Shown here in pieces: positions 10,083 to 20,791 of a DNA stretch of 64,000 nt. The notes beneath the pieces were generated by a model that ran no database searches, was not told the DNA's origin, and saw only the letters and a program-made list of their open reading frames with translations. The stretch lies in the IMG/VR virus record IMGVR_UViG_3300032295_000534, positions 148 through 64,147 of that record; one strand, written 5' to 3'. This DNA is from a virus. The position numbers and the translations under genes are program-made. Within the stretch, counting starts at the first letter, position 1, and each line of letters starts with the position of its first letter.

Positions 10083-12202
10083 GAGTTACCTCTGCGGCCA
10101 TCTTGCTTGATGTCAATACGGGGTGAACCTAACTGCCATGCGCATCCAATCTGATTAGAAGACACTTGCAAAATCATCTGACGACCACGCACCCTGACGT
10201 ACACCTGCCCCGTAAACTGCTCAATCACAGCTGTAGATGTACGGGTTACTGTAGCGTCCGAGTTACCACCCAAAGAGATCGGGTTGTTGTAGCCAGAGCC
10301 TGAGTTCTGCATGGGGATGAGCGTCATCACAACCTGTGGGTTCTCGGTATCAGAGCCACGGAACGTAATGTCTGGCAGCATTCTCCAGACAAAGCCAAAG
10401 TGATCGCCGTCATCAATGTCAAATTCAGCAGAACTGATGACTGCCTCGATTGGAAGTCTTACATCGGTTTCTACGTCATCGTTACCCTGTTCATGGTTTA
10501 CAAGGTTATGGCTGTATGTAGCGGCAATAGGATAGTCACGCAGGCCAGAGTCAAGCCATGCTGTTCGTGCCATTGTGCCGTATGCCCACACATCTTCTTG
10601 GTAGTTGTATGTAACGTATCTATCAATGGTATTGCTGTTAGTAGAGCAGTAGAACCACCAGACTTCATTGAAGCCTTCGTTAGTTCCTGAGAATACTTGT
10701 GACCACTGCGCCAAGTTAATGTCTTGGTAGATGAACTGGCGCAAGTCGCAGCGCAAAGTCTGCACACGGCCATCGTATTTGTAGAACTTGTCTACGCCCA
10801 TCCAGTAGATCACACCGGACGCAACAGATACTGCGTTTTGACCGGCAATAGAAATGTTGTCACCCAGAAGCTGGGTAGACCAAACCACGGGTGGGCCTTG
10901 GTATTGGAGAGAATACAAAGATGAATCTGTAAACACCACAACCTCTTGACGAGTTTGAATGGCGGCAAGAATCTCAGAGCCGTGAGACAGGCGGATACTA
11001 CCGGCTTGGTTTGTAGCAGAAGGAGTCCAGTCCGTTACAGATTCCTGATCCGACCAGCGGATTAACATAGGATCTTGGACGGTACTGCCGTAGTCATTAC
11101 AGCCAAACGCAAATACAAATCGGCTGATGTCAGATACAAAGATGTAGTTCTGAATAACTGGGCAATCTGACGCGCCACCTAAGTCGGTAATATCAATACC
11201 CCGTGGAGAAAAGCTTTGCGTTCCAGACTGAGTGCCGCTGGTGTTGATGGCCGCGCCGCCAAAAGTCAAAGATAGATTGCAAGTTGTGCCGCTTGCATTA
11301 ACCACATAATAGACTGTGCTGACATCCAAGCCAGTCGGCAAAGCGCCTGTCGTGTTGAGCATTACAGCAGTGCCATCTCTCAAAGCCGTCTGAGTAGTAA
11401 AGACCGCAGGAGATGCAATTGTGATTGTGGTGGCTGAGTTAGACACACCAATCTGGGCAGACCAGTAATAGATACCGCCACCTTTGGGGCCGTAGATCAG
11501 GTCTTCACCAAAATTAGCCTGACTCCACAACTGGATGGAGTTAACCGATGCCGTACCGTAACCCCAAGTACCAGAACCCCAAGGGCCACCACCCCAGCCG
11601 GTTAGCGCAACAGCATAAGCTGGGCCAGTATGAATCTCATAAGACGCAGTAACTGTAGCTCCACCACCGGGTGAGCCAGCGATAGCAGTAGCGTTAGGTG
11701 TTACTGAGATAACAATTGTGTAGGTATTGGAGTCAATAACAGTAACTTGGAAGTTCTGATTCAGGACAGACGCAGTAACGTTTGTACCAACCCCGCCAAT
11801 GTCTGCGGCTCCGCTGAAGGTTACAAAGTCGCCCGTGTAGCAGCCATGGTTTGTGTCAGTGACTGTGACTGTCGTAGAAGCTGTAAGCGCAAACGGGTTG
11901 TTGTTAATAATCCCAGACGCACGGATAGGCGTCACATCGTAGTACGCACCACCATTGGCAATGTAGAACTTAAGATTAGTACCAACCCCGATCAGGTTGA
12001 GTGACGCTAGGGTGATCCAGTTCCACAAAGAACGGCAAACACCTTGGAATGTATTGCTTGAAATACGAACCCAGCCGCCAATCTTTTCTGGCGTGCCCTG
12101 ACGGAAGCGCATTTTGTCGGAAACATACCAGCCGTTCTCAGCCGTGTACCGGGTGTTTTCCTTGTTTACACCTGCTTTCAGGGTTAGTTTTTTCAGCGGC
12201 AT
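10079..12202 (-). CDS. Tail tubular B / nozzle (P22 gp10-like stabilisation protein)
   Basis: 707 aa beta-rich; IRWSDQE, AGSIRL, YWMG..FY.YDG, EVWWFY motifs; position downstream of lysis genes. Confidence 0.7.
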   Translation of the reverse strand: MPLKKLTLKAGVNKENTRYTAENGWYVSDKMRFRQGTPEKIGGWVRISSNTFQGVCRSLWNWITLASLNLIGVGTNLKFYIANGGAYYDVTPIRASGIINNNPFALTASTTVTVTDTNHGCYTGDFVTFSGAADIGGVGTNVTASVLNQNFQVTVIDSNTYTIVISVTPNATAIAGSPGGGATVTASYEIHTGPAYAVALTGWGGGPWGSGTWGYGTASVNSIQLWSQANFGEDLIYGPKGGGIYYWSAQIGVSNSATTITIASPAVFTTQTALRDGTAVMLNTTGALPTGLDVSTVYYVVNASGTTCNLSLTFGGAAINTSGTQSGTQSFSPRGIDITDLGGASDCPVIQNYIFVSDISRFVFAFGCNDYGSTVQDPMLIRWSDQESVTDWTPSATNQAGSIRLSHGSEILAAIQTRQEVVVFTDSSLYSLQYQGPPVVWSTQLLGDNISIAGQNAVSVASGVIYWMGVDKFYKYDGRVQTLRCDLRQFIYQDINLAQWSQVFSGTNEGFNEVWWFYCSTNSNTIDRYVTYNYQEDVWAYGTMARTAWLDSGLRDYPIAATYSHNLVNHEQGNDDVETDVRLPIEAVISSAEFDIDDGDHFGFVWRMLPDITFRGSDTENPQVVMTLIPMQNSGSGYNNPISLGGNSDATVTRTSTAVIEQFTGQVYVRVRGRQMILQVSSNQIGCAWQLGSPRIDIKQDGRRGNS

Positions 12203-12211
12203 GGATGACCT

Positions 12212-12649
12212 TTATTTACTGGCAACGCCTTTGGTCTTCTCAAAAGAACGCATACCGGCAATGCCTAAGATGCCTGATAATATCACCCATAGTTGGTCTG
12301 CGTCCAGTACTGGTGGAGGCTCCATGCCCGCTGGAATCCAACCCATTGCCTGCAAGTATTTCCAGCCCCACTGAAACAGCGGATACAGCAGAAACTGATA
12401 GGCCATAGCCGCCACGCCAATCCACCCAATCGCAGGCCGCCAGCCAGAAACAAACACGCTGGACGAAGCCGCTTCAATTTTGTTAACTTCAATCTGCGCT
12501 AGGTCAGTGGCTTGGTTAATCTTCTTTTCTTCAAGATCAAGCTTACGCTGCTCGATCTCCATTTCCATTTTTTCTTTGTCGGTCGTAATCAGGTCGCCTG
12601 CAACCTTACCAACGGCTTCAATAATTGATCCAACGGCAAGCAAGCTCAT
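12212..12649 (-). CDS. Holin (GTA 3TM holin-like)
   Basis: FVSGWRPAIGW and GILGIAGMRSFEK motifs, TM segments, adjacent to endolysin. Confidence 0.8.
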   Translation of the reverse strand: MSLLAVGSIIEAVGKVAGDLITTDKEKMEMEIEQRKLDLEEKKINQATDLAQIEVNKIEAASSSVFVSGWRPAIGWIGVAAMAYQFLLYPLFQWGWKYLQAMGWIPAGMEPPPVLDADQLWVILSGILGIAGMRSFEKTKGVASK

Positions 12650-13161
12650 GCTAGACCTTTCAATGTGCGGTTAATCCAGCCCTTGAGGAACTTAACCTGT
12701 ACGGGGTTCTTGTTGCATATCTCAACATAGCGGGCAATCTTAGCCAGAGCGTAGGACTCTTTGAAGCGCTGGCCGTCTGTGATGGTGTTGAGTTTCTCTA
12801 TGGTTTTAGCGCCAATCCCACCATCGGGCGTAGCACCCACAACCAACTGAGCCAGTTTGACCGCCATGCCCATGCCTGCGTTTACACCAAAGTTAAAGAT
12901 AGAGTTGGCTACGTCTTGATTGGTAATCTCATTGCCACGCATCTTGTCCCAGAACTCAATGCGATAGAACTCACGCACCATGCTAGTCAGGGAGCCGCCA
13001 AACTCCTTCTTGTCTACCAGAGGCCAGCCGTTCCACTGCGGGTTCTTGTTACGGGCAATCCCGGCGTAGGTCATCCCGCCTGTATCACCGGGCACTTCAT
13101 GAAGGACGTAGCCGCCCTCGTCTTTAATCATCTGCTCAAAAGCTGGTTCAAACTGAGCCAT
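12646..13161 (-). CDS. Endolysin, glycoside hydrolase family 108 with peptidoglycan-binding domain
   Basis: EGGYV..PGDTGGMTYAGI catalytic motif; DGGIGAKT and FLKGWINR. Confidence 0.9.
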   Translation of the reverse strand: MAQFEPAFEQMIKDEGGYVLHEVPGDTGGMTYAGIARNKNPQWNGWPLVDKKEFGGSLTSMVREFYRIEFWDKMRGNEITNQDVANSIFNFGVNAGMGMAVKLAQLVVGATPDGGIGAKTIEKLNTITDGQRFKESYALAKIARYVEICNKNPVQVKFLKGWINRTLKGLA

Positions 13162-13772
13162 TACTGTTTACTCCTTGAAAGCATACTGCTGGCAATCTGC
13201 AACATACTAATTGCTTTGTTTAAGTCTTTAGGCTCTTTGTCCCACCCAACCGTGATCTGTCCAACAAACCGACCCTGTTCAGGAGGAACGCTGACACGGC
13301 AACCAAAGGTCACGCCCTTCTCAATATACCAAAGACCCATTTCACTCTGGGGCCTAGCGTATTCACCACACGGTATTTCATTAGCCATCAGCGCAATCAC
13401 ATCATGGTTGTTGGCAGAATTCTGTGTAAACAGACCAACGTCTAAACCATCGTGCGTCTTATCTCTGCCTTCGCGGGTGTAAGCACGGAACATAACTCTT
13501 GTGCCAAACAGCGGATTGACTTTGAAGATGGCTACCACGGTTGCATCGGTGTTTTTGAACAAATGAGCCACAACATCTTCTGCCCGGTCTTCTGCGATCA
13601 TCGGGAGCTTCTTGTTCTCCTTGTACGCATCAAACAAGAACGCTTGGTTCTGCCAGACAAAGTACCCCGCGAACGCAAACACTGCCATCAGGATCAGCGC
13701 AAACAACTTGAATGGGCTATCCACATAGGACAACACCTTGCTCAATATGTCTGATGGCTTTTCTTCACTCAT
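13161..13772 (-). CDS. Membrane-anchored protein of the lysis cassette (possibly GAF-like, antiholin/holin T-type)
   Basis: N-terminal TM helix followed by a soluble domain; function inferred from position. Confidence 0.45.
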   Translation of the reverse strand: MSEEKPSDILSKVLSYVDSPFKLFALILMAVFAFAGYFVWQNQAFLFDAYKENKKLPMIAEDRAEDVVAHLFKNTDATVVAIFKVNPLFGTRVMFRAYTREGRDKTHDGLDVGLFTQNSANNHDVIALMANEIPCGEYARPQSEMGLWYIEKGVTFGCRVSVPPEQGRFVGQITVGWDKEPKDLNKAISMLQIASSMLSRSKQ

Positions 13773-13918
13773 AGTCCAAGCATCCCTAATAACTTGTTCA
13801 CAATCTTGTCAGACAGATCGTCCGGCAGGAACTTAAGAAACCCAAGCACCCACCAAACCACGCACATACGCACGAAGATTTTGAGAAACAGATCAAATTG
13901 CTTCTGGTACTCATTCAC
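13769..13918 (-). CDS. 49-aa membrane peptide (not in ORF track)
   Basis: GTG start overlapping upstream TGA and ATGA overlap downstream; MNEYQKQFDLFLKIFVRMCVVWWVLGFLKFLPD... Confidence 0.65.
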   Translation of the reverse strand: MNEYQKQFDLFLKIFVRMCVVWWVLGFLKFLPDDLSDKIVNKLLGMLGL

Positions 13919-14418
13919 CGACCACACCTTGACTTGGCGCACAAATCTGATATTTCAGATATGCCAACAAATACTGCAAACAACAAGCCAACAATAGTTA
14001 GTCCTGCAATCAGGTACGTCATCTGCTCTTCTTCGGCTTCCTTCTCACGCTTTTCCTGCTCACGCAGTTTGCGCATCTCTTTGGCGTCATCCACATCCAT
14101 CTGTGCTTGACGCTCTTTGATCTTGTTCCAGACATCTATCTTGCCTGTCTGCATGAACAACATCTTCAATTCTTCTTCAAACGCTCTGGCCTGTTCAAGC
14201 GCCATCTCAATCTGAAGTGCGGCTCCTAAATTGGAGCCTTTGTTCCCGCCTTTTTTAGCTTCAATCAAAGCCCGAGTGGCAGCACTCTTTGCATCAAACA
14301 TCTTGCCGATCATCGGGGCAAGACTACTCAGGTCATTGGCAACTTTACTCGCCTTCTTGACCATGCTGATGGCGCTTTGCAGGCCATTCAACGCTGCAAT
14401 TGGATCTATTGGAATCAT
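13915..14418 (-). CDS. Hypothetical protein with coiled coil and C-terminal TM helix
   Basis: 167 aa ORF, C-terminal hydrophobic helix. Confidence 0.65.
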   Translation of the reverse strand: MIPIDPIAALNGLQSAISMVKKASKVANDLSSLAPMIGKMFDAKSAATRALIEAKKGGNKGSNLGAALQIEMALEQARAFEEELKMLFMQTGKIDVWNKIKERQAQMDVDDAKEMRKLREQEKREKEAEEEQMTYLIAGLTIVGLLFAVFVGISEISDLCAKSRCGR

Positions 14419-14497
14419 AGGTACAACTTCAAAAACAGTACATTCCAGTAACCCAACAGCACTACAGGGGCCGAAGCCCCTGCCAAGTCACACAAGG

Positions 14498-14737
14498 TTA
14501 CTTAGGTTCTACGTCAGACACGGCCTCTTCAGGCTTGGCTTCTAACGCTGTCTTTAACATTGTGAAGAAGGCATCTCTGCCAACTTGCAACTGATCTACG
14601 GAAAATCTTGCCGAATCTAATTTACGGTCAAGGTCTGCTACATGATTCAACAACATCTGCTGCTGTTGCGTCATATCTTCAAAAGCGTAATCTACACCAT
14701 CGATAGAAATTTGAGTTTTTTTCGTGTCTTTACTCAT
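14498..14737 (-). CDS. Small tail-fibre-associated hypothetical protein
   Basis: 79 aa, ISIDGVDY then helical segment, downstream of tail fibre. Confidence 0.6.
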   Translation of the reverse strand: MSKDTKKTQISIDGVDYAFEDMTQQQQMLLNHVADLDRKLDSARFSVDQLQVGRDAFFTMLKTALEAKPEEAVSDVEPK

Positions 14738-15420
14738 TTTTCACCTTTCAGTTTACAGTTATCAAAATGCCAGCGGCTGGCATTACCAGCACTACTAGCC
14801 CGATTGCAATGTGGACAGGTTAATTTTGGTCTATCCATTTGCCATGCGCTCATTTTTGCTAGAGCTTCTGGCGTATGTTTACGGCCAATATTTACCTGCC
14901 TCAAATGCTCTTTGGTTTCTTCTGATTGTTTAAACGACTTCATTCTTTCATTCAGAGCTTCCCGTACATGGGGTAGCATCTTCCTGCCTAAAGCCTTTTG
15001 CCGTAACTTCTCCTTACGTTCATCAGAAAAAATAACACCTGTATTTGCCTGCCTAATTTTCTCAATTGACTCAGGCGTATGCTTGTGGCTTTTGCCTTTG
15101 AGCTTTTGACTCATTGCCAGCTTGCTTTCTTCTGAGTGCTTTAGTCCTGTAATGCCTTCACCGCCATCGGTCAAGTTAACAAGTGTTACACCCAGCATCC
15201 GCAACTGGTTGATCTTTTCTATTTCAGCAAGCAATATCAATTCTTCAGACTGGTCTTCAATAACAACACGGGAATCAAACCCGCCAGCCTTGTTTACAAC
15301 ATTATGCCAATATTGGTTTCTGTCACGCTTAGAACAGTGGCGACCGCCACGCCCTTTGCCGATATAAAAGACTGCCCCCGTATCTCTACGGATGTGTTCA
15401 TACACGTAAAAGGCAGTCAT
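14734..15420 (-). mobile_element. Free-standing GIY-YIG homing endonuclease with NUMOD3 repeats
   Basis: YVYEH...FYIGKG..R, NLTDGGEG, repeated HSEES/HTPES units, C-terminal CPHC; likely start ATG 15420. Confidence 0.85.
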
Positions 15421-15431
15421 TGAAGTAGTGT

Positions 15432-15761
15432 TTAAACTGTAGTTGCCCAAGGCAGTGCAGGGGTGACCACTGGAGGATTTACCTGATTCGCGATTTGCTG
15501 TGCAACAGCGGCTTCAGTAGCTGTTTTGTCAACGCCACCAGCCCAGATCCAACCCAACACTTGATTTTGTGTCAAGCTTGCGTATGGGGTGAAGGGTGAG
15601 CCTGCTGTGTAAGTTACACCGCAAGTGCTGTAGACAGAGGCGTTGTATGTGCCGTCAGTACCAGAGCAAGTCCAGTGAACGGTAAAAACGACATCGGTGT
15701 TGCCGTCTTCTTGTGGGTAGCAGTCCATTGCTGTAACTGTCCATGTGTATGTATTAGCCAT
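15432..15761 (-). CDS. Tail-fibre-associated protein
   Basis: YTWTV..MDC...DVVFTVHW, FTPYASLT...VLGW, C-terminal LPW; directly after fibre. Confidence 0.6.
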   Translation of the reverse strand: MANTYTWTVTAMDCYPQEDGNTDVVFTVHWTCSGTDGTYNASVYSTCGVTYTAGSPFTPYASLTQNQVLGWIWAGGVDKTATEAAVAQQIANQVNPPVVTPALPWATTV

Positions 15762-15776
15762 GATTTTCCTTTCGGT

Positions 15777-18700
15777 TTAAAGATTTGCGGCATCCAAACG
15801 TGCCTTGAGTGATTCAATGATTGCTTGTTGTTCTTGGATAGCTTTGACCAAACGAGCTTCTGTTTTACTCCAGCCAGCAATCATTTTCATTCCATCTTCA
15901 CGCTCACCAACAACATCTGGGTAAATAGATTCCATGTTTTGAGCAATAAAGCCTGTTTGATGACCACCACCTTCAGATTCAATGTAGTCAAACTCAACAG
16001 GGCGCAACGCCATGATGTTAGCCAATTGAGGCGCAAGATCAACAATATTTTCTTTTAAGCGTTCATCTGAATAAGACCCAAAAGCGGCTGTATTTGCGCC
16101 ATTTGCTGTAATTTGACCAGAACCAGCGGTATTGTTGTTGACAGTAAAACGAACAAGAATTTGAGATGTTGTTGTATTGTTATCAAATTTGCCAAAAATA
16201 GCCGCTGGATTTGCAACATCACCAGTAACACCTTGACACGCAAAAGCTGGAGATGTGTTTGCGGATGGAACAACGAATATCCTTGAACCATTAGTGTTTG
16301 CCGTAGTACCCACCAGCAAATTCCCGCTCGAGTCTATGCGGGAACGCTCTACTGATGAACCAGAAGTAGTATCGTTAATAACGAAAGCATTTGTAGATGC
16401 ACTAGCGCCAAAAGACCAAGACCAGTTACCTGATTTAATAGAGCCATACAAACCTTCTGCATCTACCTTAACGCCAGAAATACTTACTGATGTTCTACCC
16501 ACTAAGAACTCACTATTAGCCGTAAGCGTAGCTGCCTGAGTCCAAGTAACAGTATTTCCTGCTGTACCTGATGGGGCGGTAAACCAACGCTGTTGACCGT
16601 TATATGTGTCGTGCCTTGTAGCAAAACTTGTTGTTTGGTATTTCCAAGCGTATGCACTATCAATGTACGCATTGTTTATGTATTGCGTGTATGCACCGCC
16701 ATCGTTAAAGATAGATGTTGTTGCGCCTATTTGCAAAACTTTATATGAAGTTGTTTGCCAAGCATTAGGTGTAACGCCTAAACCAAGATTCCCTGCGCTA
16801 TCAAGGCGCATACGAGTTGCACCACCAGACCTAAAAGCCAAGTCGTTTGAGATAGCGCCAATAGCCACATTGCCATCTGTCAAAGCGCCAGATGTGCCTG
16901 AGTCTTGAAATGCAATGAAGCCGTTTGCAACAGTTGATTTGAAACCACCAACATAACTGCTACCGCTGTTGACTTGAAGTTTTGTGACTGCTCCGGTTGT
17001 GCCAACACCTACATTGCCGCCTTCTTCTATACGAACACGCTCTGTGTTGCCTGTATAAAGAGTAACAAATGCGTTTGCACCGCCAACTGTTGAACCACTG
17101 ATTCTAAGTTCAGCGTTAACACCCGCAATGTTTTGATCTCCGTTAGTACCAGAAAATCCAGTTTTAAATGTTAATTTATTAGTTGATCCGCTAGTACCAG
17201 ACGCTGAAAGTGTTAGCGTAGGATTAGCCGCTTTAAGTTCTAAAATAGAAATTGGTGCGTTAGTGCCAATACCAACATCCCCTGCGCTTGTAATACGCAT
17301 ACGCTCGTTTAGCGTAGGGCCAGAAGTCGCTGTGTAAAACCCAAGTGCGCTAAGATTGCTTCCTGCGGAATCGTTTAATGCCGCTATACCAGCAGGCCAA
17401 ACATTCCCATTTGGGTTTTCTGTTCCAAGCAAAAGCCTAGCGCCAAAGGTGCTGTCTGTTGACCCAGAACTTTGAACTTGAAACATTGCAACATCTTGCA
17501 CACCAGTTGTTGCGGCTACAGTAGTATCAACGTGTATTTTATAAACTGGGGAGCTAGTGCCAATCCCAAAATTGCCAGATGCGGTTATACGTGCGCGCTC
17601 TAAATCGCTTGTGTAAAAAGCCAACGGCAAATATGAACCTGTAGAGCCGTAACTTGTGCCAATAAGCCCCACAGTTCCCGTGTTGGCTATTGAAGTAAAT
17701 GAATCAGTTGCGCTTGCAATAGAAACAATGCCGTAGTTTCCAGTGGTTGTTTGTTTAACCCACAACTTACCATTGTCACCACCACCAATTCCAGAAGGTC
17801 TTGCTTGGGAATTTACAAATAAAGTGCCTGTCGTATCAAGCACCATTGATGGTGTTGCAGAATCGTTTACACCAAATGCAATAGGATAAGCACCAGCAGT
17901 CGTCAAATACAAAGCAGATGTAGATAAACCTCCAAGGTTTCTTGCTGTAGATTTCAAACCACCAATGTGATTGCCAGCAACATTAAGTCTGAAATACGCT
18001 TGAGTTGAATAGTTTGCGGTATTTGTATCTGTATTTGTAACAGCAATGACATTAGCGGAATTTGCTGAAGCAGAGACATCTAACTTATAAGCAGGGCTAC
18101 TTGTACCAATACCCAGACCTGTGCTAGTTAGGCGCATACCTTCTGTGCCGCTTATCTGAAAGATTGCAGAACCCGCAGCCGAGTTAAGCGTGAAGGTGTC
18201 GCTATTGGTGTACATGACGGTTTTTTGAGTACCGCTCTGAACAAAACTTAAAGCAGCAAAATCACCTGCGCTGTTTGCGCCGTTAATAATGCTAATGCCG
18301 TCGTTACCACTTGCAGAATACGACTGCAAGCGATACCCACTTTGAGCATTAGCGCCAACTGTAAATGTAGTTCCATTAAAAGTAAGCGCAGAACCGCTTG
18401 TAACAACCTTAGAGCCGTTTAAATAAGCTACTCCGTTAGCAGTACCACCAGAGAAAGTTACAGAACCAGATGCAGTAAAGTCTGTTACGCCCGTGACCGC
18501 GCCAGTGTCGCCAACAATCACTACGCCGTTCTGAAGCAACTTACCAGTCGTGCCATCAAACCTAGCCACTGCGTTGTCAGTAGAAGAGCCGGGGCCGTAC
18601 ACATCACCAGATGCGGCTGTAGACCAAGACAGAACACCAGAACCGTCTGTCACCAGAGCTTGACCGCTTGTGCCGTCATCGGCAGGCCATGTCAGTGTGT

Positions 18701-19337
18701 AGCTTGCACCCAATGTTCCGGGCGCACGAAGGCCAACATACTCACCACCGGTCGTGTCTTGCAGACGAAGAGTGCCTTGACCTGTGATGTTGACTTGTGT
18801 GGAGCTAAGTGTTGTGCCGTCCCATGTCAGGTTAGCTGAAGCACCAAACAGACCGCTGCTGTTGAACTGAATCTGGGTGTTAGAACCTGCTGCGTTAGCA
18901 ATCGTACCGGCAATCTTCAGGTAATCTGTGCCGTTGAAAAACACAGTGACCTTCTCGCCAGCAGCAATAGAAACACCAGACTGACCAGAAGCCTTGAAAG
19001 TAATAGCGTAGGATGAAGCGTTATCGACAACGTATGTCTTGCTGTAGCTGGGGCCTGTGACGACTTTAGTGGTTGTCGTACCCGACACTTTAACGATGGC
19101 AAACTGCGCTGTGACTGTGCCCGCGCCAGCCAGAGTTGATGTGATATTAGAAGCTGAAGAGTCACCGGTGGTGTTGGCCAGAGTGACTGCACCGTCACCT
19201 GTCAGGGTCAGAGTGGCTGCAATTGCAATGTTTGTGTATTGCGTAATACCGTTATTAACGGTGTCGCCCCATGTGCCGGAGAGTTCGCCCTGTACCGGTA
19301 GAGCTAAACCTAATTGTGCCGTTGCGCCTGTAGTCAT
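15777..19337 (-). CDS. Tail fibre with C-terminal intramolecular chaperone (peptidase S74)
   Basis: Repeated ERMRITSxGxVGIGTxxP units; SDERLKENI, LRPV.F, GFIAQ chaperone motifs. Confidence 0.9.
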   Translation of the reverse strand: MTTGATAQLGLALPVQGELSGTWGDTVNNGITQYTNIAIAATLTLTGDGAVTLANTTGDSSASNITSTLAGAGTVTAQFAIVKVSGTTTTKVVTGPSYSKTYVVDNASSYAITFKASGQSGVSIAAGEKVTVFFNGTDYLKIAGTIANAAGSNTQIQFNSSGLFGASANLTWDGTTLSSTQVNITGQGTLRLQDTTGGEYVGLRAPGTLGASYTLTWPADDGTSGQALVTDGSGVLSWSTAASGDVYGPGSSTDNAVARFDGTTGKLLQNGVVIVGDTGAVTGVTDFTASGSVTFSGGTANGVAYLNGSKVVTSGSALTFNGTTFTVGANAQSGYRLQSYSASGNDGISIINGANSAGDFAALSFVQSGTQKTVMYTNSDTFTLNSAAGSAIFQISGTEGMRLTSTGLGIGTSSPAYKLDVSASANSANVIAVTNTDTNTANYSTQAYFRLNVAGNHIGGLKSTARNLGGLSTSALYLTTAGAYPIAFGVNDSATPSMVLDTTGTLFVNSQARPSGIGGGDNGKLWVKQTTTGNYGIVSIASATDSFTSIANTGTVGLIGTSYGSTGSYLPLAFYTSDLERARITASGNFGIGTSSPVYKIHVDTTVAATTGVQDVAMFQVQSSGSTDSTFGARLLLGTENPNGNVWPAGIAALNDSAGSNLSALGFYTATSGPTLNERMRITSAGDVGIGTNAPISILELKAANPTLTLSASGTSGSTNKLTFKTGFSGTNGDQNIAGVNAELRISGSTVGGANAFVTLYTGNTERVRIEEGGNVGVGTTGAVTKLQVNSGSSYVGGFKSTVANGFIAFQDSGTSGALTDGNVAIGAISNDLAFRSGGATRMRLDSAGNLGLGVTPNAWQTTSYKVLQIGATTSIFNDGGAYTQYINNAYIDSAYAWKYQTTSFATRHDTYNGQQRWFTAPSGTAGNTVTWTQAATLTANSEFLVGRTSVSISGVKVDAEGLYGSIKSGNWSWSFGASASTNAFVINDTTSGSSVERSRIDSSGNLLVGTTANTNGSRIFVVPSANTSPAFACQGVTGDVANPAAIFGKFDNNTTTSQILVRFTVNNNTAGSGQITANGANTAAFGSYSDERLKENIVDLAPQLANIMALRPVEFDYIESEGGGHQTGFIAQNMESIYPDVVGEREDGMKMIAGWSKTEARLVKAIQEQQAIIESLKARLDAANL

Positions 19338-19347
19338 TTAAAAGCTC

Positions 19348-20196
19348 CTAATTCGTGTCGATCGGTGTCCACCCAGCACTCTGAGTATCATCAACCTGCG
19401 CCCAGCCAGAAGACTGAGTATTGTTAATATTTTGCCAGTTTATTGATTGTGTGTCATCAATATTTTGCCAACCAGCAGCTTGCGTATTTGTGATGTCTCC
19501 CCAGTCTGCATTTTGTACATCATCAATAATTTCCCAAAGAGGTCTACCCAGCAGTAAATCAGAAATTGTAGCCAGCTCAACAACAGAAGCCATGAAGGTA
19601 GCAACCGCCACAGCCTCATCTGAAATTGTCGCTGCTTCCGAAATTACCCCGTTAACCGTAACCCCTGTCGCTACAGAATCAGACCCTGTTGCCGTTTCAC
19701 TAACTTCTGCGCCAATAGCCAAACTGCTTGATATTGCATCCGACCCAGTTGCTGTCTCAACAATATACGCTAAGAATGTGAAAGCTGAAGATACGGCATC
19801 CGTGCCCGTTGCGCTCTCGGTGATCTGGCTTAAGAAGTTGGCAAATGCCGTTGCCTCATCAGAAACACTGGCTGTCTCAGAAACAGATACCCCATACGTT
19901 GGGATAGCACTAATCGCATCCGACCCTGTACTTGACTCACTGACCGCAGCCCCAAACGTTGCAAGCGCACTGATTGCGTCTGAGCCTGTACTTGTCTCTG
20001 ATACGGCTGAACCAAATGTAGCCAAAGCGCTAATGGCATCCGAGCCGGTAGCTGTCTCAGAAACACTAGACAACACACTAACAACTGAAGAAGCGGCATC
20101 TGTCCCTGTCGCAGTTTCAGCAACACTCCGGTCATAGACTGAATCGCCCCAGCCAGCCTGACCCCATGCGCCAGAACCCCAGCCGCCTTCAGCCAT
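19348..20196 (-). CDS. Ser/Ala/Thr-rich repeat structural protein
   Basis: About ten 20-aa repeats (xVSETATGSDAISALATFG) and six 11-aa Wxx[I/V]xxTQ repeats. Confidence 0.8.
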   Translation of the reverse strand: MAEGGWGSGAWGQAGWGDSVYDRSVAETATGTDAASSVVSVLSSVSETATGSDAISALATFGSAVSETSTGSDAISALATFGAAVSESSTGSDAISAIPTYGVSVSETASVSDEATAFANFLSQITESATGTDAVSSAFTFLAYIVETATGSDAISSSLAIGAEVSETATGSDSVATGVTVNGVISEAATISDEAVAVATFMASVVELATISDLLLGRPLWEIIDDVQNADWGDITNTQAAGWQNIDDTQSINWQNINNTQSSGWAQVDDTQSAGWTPIDTN

Positions 20197-20203
20197 TTAG
20201 ACC

Positions 20204-20782
20204 TCAAGCAGCGAGGCTGAATGTGTAGGTTACAGAGATAATGTCGCCCGAAACAACTGAACGGTCGCCCGGAGAGCTGAAGTCAGATGCAGAGAACAAC
20301 GTACCAGTCGTACCGCCTTTAGCACTACCGCTTGTCAAGAACGCACCGCCAACAGTTGCTGTACCGTTGATATTGAACGTAGCTGGAGAAGCAGAGTTTG
20401 TCACCACGGATGGGTTAGCGGTCGTTGCTGTAACAAAAGTAGCAGCCACACGGGTTGCGTTGCTGTATGTAGTAACTTCAGTCCAGCCAGCGTGGGAAGA
20501 CATAGTGTCACCAGCAGCAGGTGTATTAGAAGCGCCAGCGCCATACAGACCGATGTACCAAGTGGTAATCTGGGCAACAGAAGTTAAAGCCGTACCAGCC
20601 ATGTAAGCCAGACCAGCATTAACAACCAAGTTCTTGGAGTCGGCAGACCATTTCAGGTTGCCGTCTTTGTCGTGGCACTCAACGTGGTAAACGCCTGTAG
20701 CCTTGGCTTCTTCGCCTGACTTAGTACCGGCAATAAAACCACTAGAAACATGGTCGATAGCTTTTAGTTTTTCCGTGGTCAT
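20204..20782 (-). CDS. Virion structural protein
   Basis: 192 aa; NLVVNAG, WYIGL, GTLFS..F....V.SGD motifs common in phage tail accessory proteins. Confidence 0.6.
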   Translation of the reverse strand: MTTEKLKAIDHVSSGFIAGTKSGEEAKATGVYHVECHDKDGNLKWSADSKNLVVNAGLAYMAGTALTSVAQITTWYIGLYGAGASNTPAAGDTMSSHAGWTEVTTYSNATRVAATFVTATTANPSVVTNSASPATFNINGTATVGGAFLTSGSAKGGTTGTLFSASDFSSPGDRSVVSGDIISVTYTFSLAA

Positions 20783-20791
20783 ATTGACTCC

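Noticed and set aside
14464-14482. CAGGGGC-UUCG-GCCCCUG hairpin as terminator
   Set aside because: No U tract follows; may be a stabiliser or pause site, so not called
15777-19337. Diversity-generating retroelement or invertible tail-fibre system
   Set aside because: No reverse transcriptase, invertase or TR/VR pair seen; repeats are at the protein level
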